The notes beneath the pieces were generated by a model. It searched no databases. It was given only the letters and a program-made list of their open reading frames with translations, and had not been told where the DNA came from. The translations under genes were made by a program, and so were the position numbers. 64,000 bases of DNA from Candidatus Kapaibacterium sp. (GTDB taxonomy: Bacteria > Bacteroidota > Ignavibacteria > Kapaibacteriales > UBA4661). Shown here piece after piece: positions 17,971 through 26,381 of the stretch. Within the stretch, counting starts at the first letter, position 1. Every line of letters starts with the position of its first letter. The stretch is taken from NCBI GenBank assembly GCA_004292595.1, contig RDXM01000119.1, positions 1,270-65,269 of the forward strand. Reading direction: 5' to 3'.

Positions 17971-18658
17971 GAATATCACAATCATTCTCGCCGATGACCA
18001 CCGTCTTGTGCGGGAAGGTATTCGCTCGCTTCTTAGTCGTCATGGGGATATGCGTGTGATTGCCGATGTCGCCAGCACGGACGCGCTCTTGAGCCACCTC
18101 GAAATGCTTTCCTTGCGTGGAGAATTGCCCAATCTTGTCCTTCTTGATATTTCGATGCCGCACCCTGAAAGTCTCATCAAAAATGGTTTTGAGGCGGCTT
18201 CGTTCATTAAAGAACGTTTTCCTTCTGTCCAAATCCTTTTTCTGTCCATGCACGAAGAAGCCGAATACATCATTGCGGCAATGAAAACAGGTGCGCTGGG
18301 ATATGTTCTCAAAAATGCGGAGCAGGACGAGCTTGTACAAGCAATTCAGACGGTGGCAAGCGGCAAACGCTTTCTTGGTAATTCTCTTGCTGACAAGGTT
18401 TTCAGTAGTTTCGCACCTTCCCCAAGTGAAGCTCCTGCACAGACCACAAGTGGAGACATCCCCATGCTGACGCAGCGTGAAAGCCAGATTATACGCCTTG
18501 TTGCGCAGGGACTTTCGACGAAACTTATTGCGGAAGAACTTATCATTAGTCCGCGCACAGTTGAGACGCATCGCACGAATATTATGCAGAAACTGAAGGC
18601 ATCAAATACGGCAGAATTGGTGCGTATCGCTCTCCAATACGGTCTTGTGAAGGGGTAA
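17954..18658 (+). CDS. NarL/FixJ-family response regulator (REC + LuxR-type HTH)
   Basis: ILADDH...LLDISMP receiver domain, then LTQRESQIIRLVAQGLSTKLIAEELIISPRTVETHRTNIMQKL as the HTH. Confidence 0.92.
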   Translation: MNTIAENITIILADDHRLVREGIRSLLSRHGDMRVIADVASTDALLSHLEMLSLRGELPNLVLLDISMPHPESLIKNGFEAASFIKERFPSVQILFLSMHEEAEYIIAAMKTGALGYVLKNAEQDELVQAIQTVASGKRFLGNSLADKVFSSFAPSPSEAPAQTTSGDIPMLTQRESQIIRLVAQGLSTKLIAEELIISPRTVETHRTNIMQKLKASNTAELVRIALQYGLVKG

Positions 18659-18735
18659 CAATGTGCAGACGATACTCGCACCCATTTTGACAAGCTCTTT
18701 TCATACAATTTTTCATACCAAACCTGCCTCACCTA

Positions 18736-18812
18736 TCCGTACAAATACGGAGACGGCTCTTCAGTAAAAAATACGGATTTCCCTTGATTGTACGCGCCCG
18801 CATAAATCCGTA
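18736..18812. promoter_or_regulatory. two inverted repeats built from TACGGA half-sites (candidate operator)
   Basis: TCCGTAcaaaTACGGA at 18736-18751. TACGGATTT (18772-18780) pairs with AAATCCGTA (18804-18812). The site lies between the response regulator stop and the next gene. Confidence 0.4.
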
Positions 18813-18888
18813 GTTTTGCTTCAGAAAACAGAATGATTTTTTGTTGAAGATTTCTCTTCACATTCACCAACATTTTCGGAGTACAACT

Positions 18889-19338
18889 ATGAAAACGTTC
18901 TCGCTCTTCCGCACCTTTGCTGCTCTTGCAAGCCTAGCAATGACGAGCAATGCAGCCTTTGCACAAGAAGAAACACCCACCGCGCCAACGCACAAACAAA
19001 CAAGTATCCGCCAGACGACGACCATGCAGAATTCTTTTTCTGCTCTGGAGAAAATTCACGCATTGGAAATGGATTCGCATTCTCAGCACAAAACACCGCA
19101 CTTTACACTCTCGGCAGATAAATTGCAGAAAATTGCGCCAGAATTTGTGAAAACGCGGACAGAAACAACACCAAGCCCCCATGTACGAATGCCGCATTTA
19201 GTTCAGCAGAAAATGGTTTATACGGTGGATTATGCAGCAATGATGCCGCTTTTCCTGAAAGCACTACAAGAACAGCAAGCAGAAATTGAGCGTTTGCGCA
19301 CTGAGGTTGTGCTTTTACAAGCACGTACTCAAAAGTAG
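18889..19338 (+). CDS. small secreted protein resembling the C-terminal peptidase_S74 / tail-fiber chaperone domain
   Basis: Signal peptide MKTFSLFRTFAALASLAMTSNAAFAQ. ...LQKIAPEFV...VYTVDYAAMMPLFLKALQEQQAEIERL fits the S74 domain pattern from memory. GGAG lies 9 nt upstream of the ATG. Confidence 0.5.
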   Translation: MKTFSLFRTFAALASLAMTSNAAFAQEETPTAPTHKQTSIRQTTTMQNSFSALEKIHALEMDSHSQHKTPHFTLSADKLQKIAPEFVKTRTETTPSPHVRMPHLVQQKMVYTVDYAAMMPLFLKALQEQQAEIERLRTEVVLLQARTQK

Positions 19339-19435
19339 GAATGTGAGGATAGCCAAGACATAGACGGTAGTGTGTATTTTTCAGTTGCTACCGTGAGAGC
19401 AGCATACCGCCTTGTGTAGCCAAATGAGCAGCAAC

Positions 19436-19540
19436 TATACTAAAAGTGGATAAGAATTGCATGTTGAAAAATGAAGGAAATGAGATGTAGTCCACCTTTG
19501 AGGTGGACTACATCTGAAGCAACAAACCTTTTTTAGTATA
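19436..19540 (-). mobile_element. family B MITE-like element (B-1), 105 bp
   Basis: TATACTAAAAGTGG...GATGTAGTCCACCT-ttg-AGGTGGACTACATC...CCTTTTTTAGTATA. Imperfect 14-bp terminal inverted repeats. Confidence 0.85.
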
Positions 19541-19791
19541 ATTTTCGACATTACCGGAATAGACTTTAATCTGTTCTATGCTTTTGCTACGTTTTTGTGG
19601 GAGTATAGCAGAATTTTTGAGGAATGCAATGTTCATATTTATTCTACGAGCAAGCTGTGATAGTGCTTCGGGCATTCTTCTCTAGTAAAACAACACAACG
19701 CCGATACGACCCAGTGTTCTCTATAAAATACTTGAGAAACGAGATTGTATCGGCGTTGTGCATTCTTGCAAAGAAGGGTCAATCTTCGCGC

Positions 19792-20361
19792 TTATTTTTT
19801 TACAGCAACAATTCTATCAACACCATCCTCTGGGCAGCGTTTACGGAGCTTGTAGGATGCTGATTGCGTCGTTATCGGCACAGCGAGGAGTCGCTCTTTT
19901 GCAATCAAAATACCACACATTTTGCAAATCCCATACACCTTGTCATTGATGCGTTGTAAGGCTTCATCAAGTTTCTTGATGTAATCCGAAATGCGCTGCA
20001 CGTGTGCATAGAGCTTTTCTTTTTCTTGGGCATCAGTGCCTTGCTCTGCCATATGCATTGAGTACGAAGAGTTTTCGTCCGCCATCTCAGAATTGGTAAG
20101 GTCTTCAAGATTTTCACGCAACATTTGAAATTCTTCCATCGCCTTCTGACGTTCTGATTCAATATGCTTACGAAACATTGCTAAGTCAGCATCCGCATAG
20201 CGCACTGTTGGGCGTTGCAAGCGAGAAGCCATCGGCACGGGAGCGAATTGCTCTGGTGCTGCTACTTCCGTATCATCGTTTACTTCTTCGTTTTTTACGG
20301 GTTGGTCGAAGGTACGTGTTATCGAAACTGTTTGTCCTGGACGGAGCGTAGGCGCGGGCAT
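19792..20361 (-). CDS. TraR/DksA-family zinc-finger protein with N-terminal extension
   Basis: DksA-like coiled coil (FRKHIESERQKAMEE...LEDLTN...) and a C-terminal CKMCG...C zinc-finger region. It sits downstream of ileS, as is common in FCB genomes. Confidence 0.8.
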   Translation of the reverse strand: MPAPTLRPGQTVSITRTFDQPVKNEEVNDDTEVAAPEQFAPVPMASRLQRPTVRYADADLAMFRKHIESERQKAMEEFQMLRENLEDLTNSEMADENSSYSMHMAEQGTDAQEKEKLYAHVQRISDYIKKLDEALQRINDKVYGICKMCGILIAKERLLAVPITTQSASYKLRKRCPEDGVDRIVAVKK

Positions 20362-20567
20362 TATCCTCGGTGCCGACGATTTTGCTTGTTTTGCTCTCGC
20401 CGATGCCGATACTCTGCTCGCTTTTTTCTTTACTACTGTGACTTTTACGGGAGCATTGGAGGGTTCAACTTTCGCTGGGGCTTGTGGGATAGGAGCAGCT
20501 TTTGCAGGAGCAGCTTTTGCAGGAGCAATTTTTGAAGAGGGTGAAGTTTTTGATGGAGATTTTTCAA

Positions 20568-21020
20568 CTATACTTGCTTTACCTGCTTTTTTTTTTCAGC
20601 AGTCTGCGCCTTTGATACGGGTTTTGCCGTAACTTTCGGTGCAGACACTTTTTTTACTGTTTCCTTGACGGCGGGTTTTGCAGCCGCTTTCTTTGGTGCC
20701 GCTTTGGAGGCAGTCGCTTTTTTTGCTGTTTCCTTGACGGCGGGTTTTGCAGCCACTTTCTTTGGTGCCGCTTTGGAGGCAGTCGCTTTTTTTGCTGTTT
20801 CCTTCACGGCGGGTTTTACAGCCGCTTTCTTTGCTGTTTCCTTCACGGCGGGTTTTGCAGCCGCTTTCTTTGCTGTTTCCTTCACGGCGGGTTTTGCAGC
20901 CGCTTTCTTTGGTGCCGCTTTGGAGGCAGCCGCTTTCTTTACTGTTTCCTTGACGGCGGGTTTTGCAGCCGCTTTCTTTGGTGCCGCTTTGGAGGCAGCT
21001 GCTTGATTGGTTTTTGCCAT
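20568..21020 (-). CDS. histone H1-like lysine/alanine/proline-rich DNA-binding protein
   Basis: 150 aa made of repeated AAKPAVKETAKKA and ASKAAPKK units. No other domain. Confidence 0.7.
   Translation of the reverse strand: MAKTNQAAASKAAPKKAAAKPAVKETVKKAAASKAAPKKAAAKPAVKETAKKAAAKPAVKETAKKAAVKPAVKETAKKATASKAAPKKVAAKPAVKETAKKATASKAAPKKAAAKPAVKETVKKVSAPKVTAKPVSKAQTAEKKKQVKQV
20657..21000 (-). repeat. nested in-frame tandem repeats (69-nt units and 39-nt units) inside the H1-like gene
   Basis: Units at 20657-20725 and 20726-20794 (69 nt), then 20795-20833 and 20834-20872 (39 nt), then a longer unit again. Read directly. Confidence 0.85.
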
Positions 21021-21150
21021 AATATTTCTCCTGAAACTTCGATAGCGTCAGAAAATAGACTATCGAATGTGAATAACTCGTTATGCTGCGTTGTTTATAG
21101 ACTTGTCGTGATGAGACCCTCCATTGTGAGAGGACTACATGAAAAGGACA

Positions 21151-24100
21151 TTAGGTAGAGAACTTTTGAATATTCACGGAAATTATTTCTTCATTCAATT
21201 CAATGGTATTGGAAAATGGATGTGGACTAAAGCTGAGGCTCTGGCACAAGGTTTCATCCTGCACGTAGGACAGCATCGCCTCAAGTGCGCTTTGTACCGT
21301 GCTTGGCACGTGCGCCTCCAGCGTAATGCGGTCGGTTACTTCAAAGCCCGAATCTTTGCGAAGGTTCTGAATGCGGCTTACAAACTCACGTGCAATGCCT
21401 TCATTTACCAAATCCTGCGTCAGTTCCGTATCAAGCGCGACCGTTACGCCGCTTCCTGAAGCCACAAGCCAACCTTCAATGTCCTCGTTCACAATCTCCA
21501 CATCGTTGAGTTCAATCGTAAACGACGAACCGTTTGTGCCAACGGTGAGAGATTTATTCCGCTCGAGTTCCTTGATTTGTGCGGCATTCAGCATTTTTAT
21601 TGTGTTGGCTACCGTCTGCGTTTCTTTGCCGAATTTCTTACCAAGCGTCTTGAAATTTCCTTTTGCCGACTTCTGCACAATATCGTTATCGCCCGTCATA
21701 AATTCCACCGCTTTCACGTTAATTTCTTCCGTGATAATATCTTGCACGGCTTGGATTTGACGGCGTTCATCGGGCGACGAAACTGGCACCATAATACGTT
21801 TAAGTGGTTGCCGCGTCTTGAGTTTCGACTTCTCTCGGAGAGAACGCGCCAAAAATACGATATTTTGTGCTTTTTCCATGCGAAATTCTAATGCCGTATC
21901 AATTTGTTGTTCATTCGGCGTGGGCATCGGCGCAAGGTGAATAGAATCATGCGACGCTGTGGGGCGAAGGCGTTGATACAAAACCTCTGCCAAAAACGGC
22001 GCAAGCGGAGCCATCATGCTCGAAATCGTCATCAACACTTGGTGCAAGGTCTGATATGCGGCAATTTTATCGGCATCTTTTTCGCCTTTCCAGAAGCGGC
22101 GGCGGTTGCGGCGCACATACCAGTTCGAGACGTCGTTAATTTCAAATTCCTGCACAAGACGCATTGCCCGCGTGATTTCGTACTCATCCATCAAACGCAA
22201 GTATTCACGCAGGGTTGAGTGTGTTTTGGATAAAATCCACCTGTCAATTTCGGGACGCTCGGCAAAGGGGATTTCCGCTTCCACGCCCGTAAAACCGTCA
22301 ATGTTCGCATACAACGTGAAGAAGGCGTAGGTATTCGTGAGCGAACGGAAAAAGTCTGCAATGACCGTCTTTGCTATATCTTCGCCATTAAACAGCGTCG
22401 GTTTCCAAGGCGGATTGTTGGTGATAAAATACCAGCGAACCGCGTCCGCACCGTATCTTTCCATCACATCAAACGGATCCACGACGTTGCCTTTCGACTT
22501 CGACATTTTCTGACCTTCTTTGTCCAAAATCAGCTCGTTCACAATCACGTTGCGGAAGGACGGCGTACCAAAGACCGCCGTAGCGATGTTGTGCAGCGTG
22601 TAGAACCAGCCGCGCGTTTGGTCAACAGCTTCACAAATGAATTGTGCCGGAAATGCTTTGTCGAAAAGCTCTTTATTTTCAAATGGGTAATGAAGCTGCG
22701 CAAACGGCATCGCGCCTGAATCGTACCACACGTCAATTACTTCTTTCACGCGGCGGTAGGTTTTGCCATTCTTCTCAAACACAACATTATCCGCAAATGG
22801 GCGGTGCAAGTCCAGTTCTATGCCGCTTGCAAGTGCCTCCGCAACGGGAACGCGCTTGCCGCCTTGAGGATTGTTTTTTTCTTCTGGATGCTCATACAAA
22901 CCTTGTTTCAATTCTTCCACCGAACCGATTGCAAAAATATCGGTTTCATTTCCTTCGCCCTCTGCAACCCAGAGCGGAAGCGGTGTTCCCCAATATCGGT
23001 CGCGGGAAATTGCCCAATCTTTCACTTCCTCCAACCAGTTTCCGAAGCGTCCAGCGCCGATTTCGGGCGGTTGCCAGTTAATCGTATTGTTGTTGGAAAC
23101 AAGCTGCTCTTTGTACGACGACGATTTGATAAACCAAGATTCACGGGCATAGTAGATGACCGGATTGCCCGTGCGCCAGCAATGAGGATAGCTGTGGAGG
23201 TAGTCGTTTGTTGAACGGTAGATTTTATCAGCTTTCTTGAGTGCAATCACGATGTCTTTGTCCGCGCCTTCTTCGGTGCGAGTGCCATTCGTTGCGGGGT
23301 CGGGATAGGTGAAGGTTTTTACTGTGCGACCCGCGAATTCACGGGCTTTGTCCGTGAAACGTCCACCAGGAGAAACGGGATTGAAAAAAGGCAAATTGAA
23401 TTTTTTGCTCATCTCGAAGTCGTCCGCACCAAACGCGGGTGCGAGATGCACCACGCCTGAGCCGTCGCTTGCCGAAACAAATTCGCCAGCAAGTACGGTG
23501 TGAAGGTCGCTAAATTCCTCACGTGTGGCGGGAATCATGCCCGGAAACGGTGCTTCGTAGCGCGTTCCAAGGAAATCCGCGCCTTTGAATTTCGCCAAAA
23601 TTTCATAACTGCCGTCTAATTTTCCAAGTAATGCTTCGGCTAGAACCAGCTTGTCTTCTACGGTTGCCTTGCTTTCGCCTTGCTTTACCTCGCGGGTATT
23701 TTGCACGAGAACGTAGTCGAGTTCTGCGCTCACGGCAAGGGCGGTGTTGGAAAGAAGCGTCCAAGGAGTTGTCGTCCAGACGAGTATTTGTGCGCCTTCC
23801 AGAGCTTTGAGCGGCGAAGATTCGACGGGGAGTTTGATATAGCAATTCGGGTCGCGCACGTCCTTGTAGCCGAGCGAGAGTTCATGCGAGGAAAGCGGGG
23901 TTTCGAGCGTTGGTGATTGCGGCGTAATGCGGAAGGACTTGTAAATAAGCCCTTTGTCGAAGAATTGCTTGAGCGACCACCACACGGATTCGACGTAATC
24001 ATTCGTGCAGGTAATGTACGGATTGTCGAGGTCGAGCCAATAACCCATGCGGTTTGTAAGCTCGCGCCAGCCTTGATTTTGCTCAATGTTCGCATACACA

Positions 24101-24468
24101 AACTTGCGGCATTCGGCGTTAAATTTCGCCACGCCAAGTTTGTCAATTTCTTGCTTGTTTGCCAAGCCAAGCTGCTTTTCCACAGCAAGCTCGACGGGCA
24201 GCCCGTGCGTGTCCCAACCCGCCTGACGCGGCACACGGAAGCCGCGCTGCGTCTTGTAGCGGCAAATCATGTCCTTAATCGTGCGTCCCATGACGTGATG
24301 AATGCCTGGGCGACCATTCACGGTCGGTGGACCTTCATAAAACATGAAAACATCCGCACTCGAGCGTTCTTCAAGGGAGCGTTGGAACATTTTTTGCTCA
24401 TCCCAAAATTTTAGGATGTCGAGTTCGAGTTCTGCGTATGAAAAATTGTCGGGAAGTGGCGTAAACAT
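21151..24468 (-). CDS. ileS: isoleucine--tRNA ligase (long, type-2-like)
   Basis: HIGH-type GRPGIHHVMGR, KMSKS (QKMSKSKGN) and the editing domain. Start at ATG 24468 (MFTPLPDNF); the ORF is open to 24498. Confidence 0.95.
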   Translation of the reverse strand: MFTPLPDNFSYAELELDILKFWDEQKMFQRSLEERSSADVFMFYEGPPTVNGRPGIHHVMGRTIKDMICRYKTQRGFRVPRQAGWDTHGLPVELAVEKQLGLANKQEIDKLGVAKFNAECRKFVYANIEQNQGWRELTNRMGYWLDLDNPYITCTNDYVESVWWSLKQFFDKGLIYKSFRITPQSPTLETPLSSHELSLGYKDVRDPNCYIKLPVESSPLKALEGAQILVWTTTPWTLLSNTALAVSAELDYVLVQNTREVKQGESKATVEDKLVLAEALLGKLDGSYEILAKFKGADFLGTRYEAPFPGMIPATREEFSDLHTVLAGEFVSASDGSGVVHLAPAFGADDFEMSKKFNLPFFNPVSPGGRFTDKAREFAGRTVKTFTYPDPATNGTRTEEGADKDIVIALKKADKIYRSTNDYLHSYPHCWRTGNPVIYYARESWFIKSSSYKEQLVSNNNTINWQPPEIGAGRFGNWLEEVKDWAISRDRYWGTPLPLWVAEGEGNETDIFAIGSVEELKQGLYEHPEEKNNPQGGKRVPVAEALASGIELDLHRPFADNVVFEKNGKTYRRVKEVIDVWYDSGAMPFAQLHYPFENKELFDKAFPAQFICEAVDQTRGWFYTLHNIATAVFGTPSFRNVIVNELILDKEGQKMSKSKGNVVDPFDVMERYGADAVRWYFITNNPPWKPTLFNGEDIAKTVIADFFRSLTNTYAFFTLYANIDGFTGVEAEIPFAERPEIDRWILSKTHSTLREYLRLMDEYEITRAMRLVQEFEINDVSNWYVRRNRRRFWKGEKDADKIAAYQTLHQVLMTISSMMAPLAPFLAEVLYQRLRPTASHDSIHLAPMPTPNEQQIDTALEFRMEKAQNIVFLARSLREKSKLKTRQPLKRIMVPVSSPDERRQIQAVQDIITEEINVKAVEFMTGDNDIVQKSAKGNFKTLGKKFGKETQTVANTIKMLNAAQIKELERNKSLTVGTNGSSFTIELNDVEIVNEDIEGWLVASGSGVTVALDTELTQDLVNEGIAREFVSRIQNLRKDSGFEVTDRITLEAHVPSTVQSALEAMLSYVQDETLCQSLSFSPHPFSNTIELNEEIISVNIQKFST

Positions 24469-24641
24469 TGGGCGTAGTCTTTTCTGAATCTCTAACAAAC
24501 TAACGAGTTTTTATGTGATTTTTTGATAAAAAAATCAAGCTCGTAGTATAGCACTTTTTATGGAACGAACCAAATATTTTTTTAATTGTATGGAAAGATG
24601 AGGTTTGTGATTGTTGGAGGTTTGTTATCGTTGCATATTTC

Positions 24642-24684
24642 CGTGAAACCCATTCTACCGTTCAGAAACGGTAGGACGGGAAGA
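24642..24684 (-). repeat. family C conserved hairpin motif (copy 1)
   Basis: CGTGAAACCCATTCTACCGTTcagaAACGGTAGGACGGGAAGA. It lies between the GNAT stop and the ileS start. Confidence 0.7.
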
Positions 24685-24705
24685 TAACTGGCTCGTTCGA
24701 TAATT

Positions 24706-25182
24706 TTACAACGAAAGCGAATAGAAATAATGCTCTGTATCCCGCTTCCAGCCGAGCTTTTCGTACAATGCTTGTGCAGAAGCGTTTGTTTGTGCGGTTT
24801 CCAGCGTGAGATATGCCGCATTGGTTTGTTTGGCAAAGGTACGCGCTTCTTCCATCAATGCCTCTGCAACGCCCTGTTTGCGGGCTTCTGGCGCGACAAA
24901 TAAATCGTTCAAAAGCCATGCACGGCGCATACCAACGGACGTGAACACGGGGTACAACTGCGTGAAGCCTAACCCTTCGCCATTCACACCAAGCGCAAGA
25001 AAAATTGTTGATTCTTGAGCGGTGATGCGGCTCTCAAGGAAAATCCGTGCGCCTTCGACATCGGCTGTTTGCTCGTAAAATTGCCGATAGCCGTCGAAGA
25101 GTGGCGCAAGAACGTCCAAATGCTCTAGTTTTGCACGGACAATGTTGATGGAAGCGTCTTGATTGCTTGGTTGGTTGCTCAT
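24706..25182 (-). CDS. GNAT family N-acetyltransferase
   Basis: 158 aa with an acetyl-CoA binding motif (ARKQGVAEALMEEA). Confidence 0.85.
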   Translation of the reverse strand: MSNQPSNQDASINIVRAKLEHLDVLAPLFDGYRQFYEQTADVEGARIFLESRITAQESTIFLALGVNGEGLGFTQLYPVFTSVGMRRAWLLNDLFVAPEARKQGVAEALMEEARTFAKQTNAAYLTLETAQTNASAQALYEKLGWKRDTEHYFYSLSL

Positions 25183-25196
25183 GTGATTACTCCAAT

Positions 25197-26225
25197 TTAC
25201 GCGCTTTCTTGCGCCAGTTTTTCAGAAAAAGGTGTGGAAGCTATGTTTGTCGTCGGTGGCGCGACAACGCGATTGCGGAAGCGGGCAATGATTGCCACAC
25301 CGCATAAAATCACGACCATTGCCAGCAACATCAGTGCAGTAACTTTTTCGCCGCCCAGCGTAACGGCAAGAATCATTGCTACAATCGGGTTTACGAAGGT
25401 GTAGGACGAGGCAAGTGCCGCCGAAACATTGCGCAAAAGCCATGAATACGCCGTAAAGGCGACGATTGAGCCAAAAATAATCAGATACACAAAGGCGAGC
25501 AAGGACTTTACGCTGAATTGTTCGGGATGTACCGAAGAAAGTTCGCCGCTTGCTGCGCCCCAGACCAGTGCCACAATCCCGCCAATACACAACTGCACGG
25601 CAGTATTCATCTGCGACGAAGCGGGCAAACTCGTATGCCGCGCAAAGATTGACCCCACCGCCCAACCGACCGTTCCTGTGAACATCATTGCCAAGCCGAG
25701 AAAGTCAATATGCACCTCGTTACTTGCGGCAACAGCATTTGGCAGAAAAACTTTCCAAGGCTGCACAAGAAGAATAATGCCGCTAAAGCCAATGACCACG
25801 CCGAGGAGAACGCCTTTGTGCGGGCGAATACCGTTTGGGCGCAGCCAATCCAGCACGACCATCCAGATGGGGAGCGAGGTGGCAGCAAGCGCACCAATGC
25901 TGGAGGGAACACGCCCCATTGCCAAGGTAAACAGCCCATTGCAGACCGTTACGAGCATCAAGCCAACAAATCCTGCCGAACGAATTTGCTTCCACGACGG
26001 CATTTCTGCTTTTGCTAGAACTGCCCAAATAAACATGATGATTCCAGCTGTTGTAAAGCGCACACCCGCCATCAAAAGCGGCGGCAGCGTTTCAATCGCA
26101 AAGCGCACACCGAGATACGTCGAACCCCAAATCAGGCAAACGGCAGTGTAGGCGAGGATAAGTTTGATGCGGAAATCGCGGCTTTCCAGCGAAGCCGTTT
26201 GCGGTGTGGAAGATGCGTTTGTCAT
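25197..26225 (-). CDS. EamA/DMT-family transporter
   Basis: About 10 TM helices forming two EamA-like halves. Length 342 aa. Confidence 0.85.
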   Translation of the reverse strand: MTNASSTPQTASLESRDFRIKLILAYTAVCLIWGSTYLGVRFAIETLPPLLMAGVRFTTAGIIMFIWAVLAKAEMPSWKQIRSAGFVGLMLVTVCNGLFTLAMGRVPSSIGALAATSLPIWMVVLDWLRPNGIRPHKGVLLGVVIGFSGIILLVQPWKVFLPNAVAASNEVHIDFLGLAMMFTGTVGWAVGSIFARHTSLPASSQMNTAVQLCIGGIVALVWGAASGELSSVHPEQFSVKSLLAFVYLIIFGSIVAFTAYSWLLRNVSAALASSYTFVNPIVAMILAVTLGGEKVTALMLLAMVVILCGVAIIARFRNRVVAPPTTNIASTPFSEKLAQESA

Positions 26226-26381
26226 AATTACTTCCCTTTCAAAAAAATCGTATCAGATGAATAGTTCGGAGTACCCCAAAATTTACGCAAAATTTGTACT
26301 ACAAAACAGATACAGTAATCTTGATTTGCTATGAGTACAGTTTTCTTCAAATCTTCTCCTTCAGCCCTCAGCATTCATCCT

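Noticed and set aside
20665-21006. 113-aa plus-strand ORF (FFGAALEA repeats) and a 68-aa ORF opposite the H1-like gene
   Set aside because: These are translations of the complementary strand of the tandem repeat. The K/A/P-rich minus frame has the start, the stop and a plausible DNA-binding composition.
24499-24705. T-box or other known leader upstream of ileS
   Set aside because: No specifier or T-box sequence is recognisable. Only a TTGATttttttATCAA palindrome, a 16-bp direct repeat (GAGGTTTGTGATTGTT / GGAGGTTTGTTATCGTT) and the family C motif are present.
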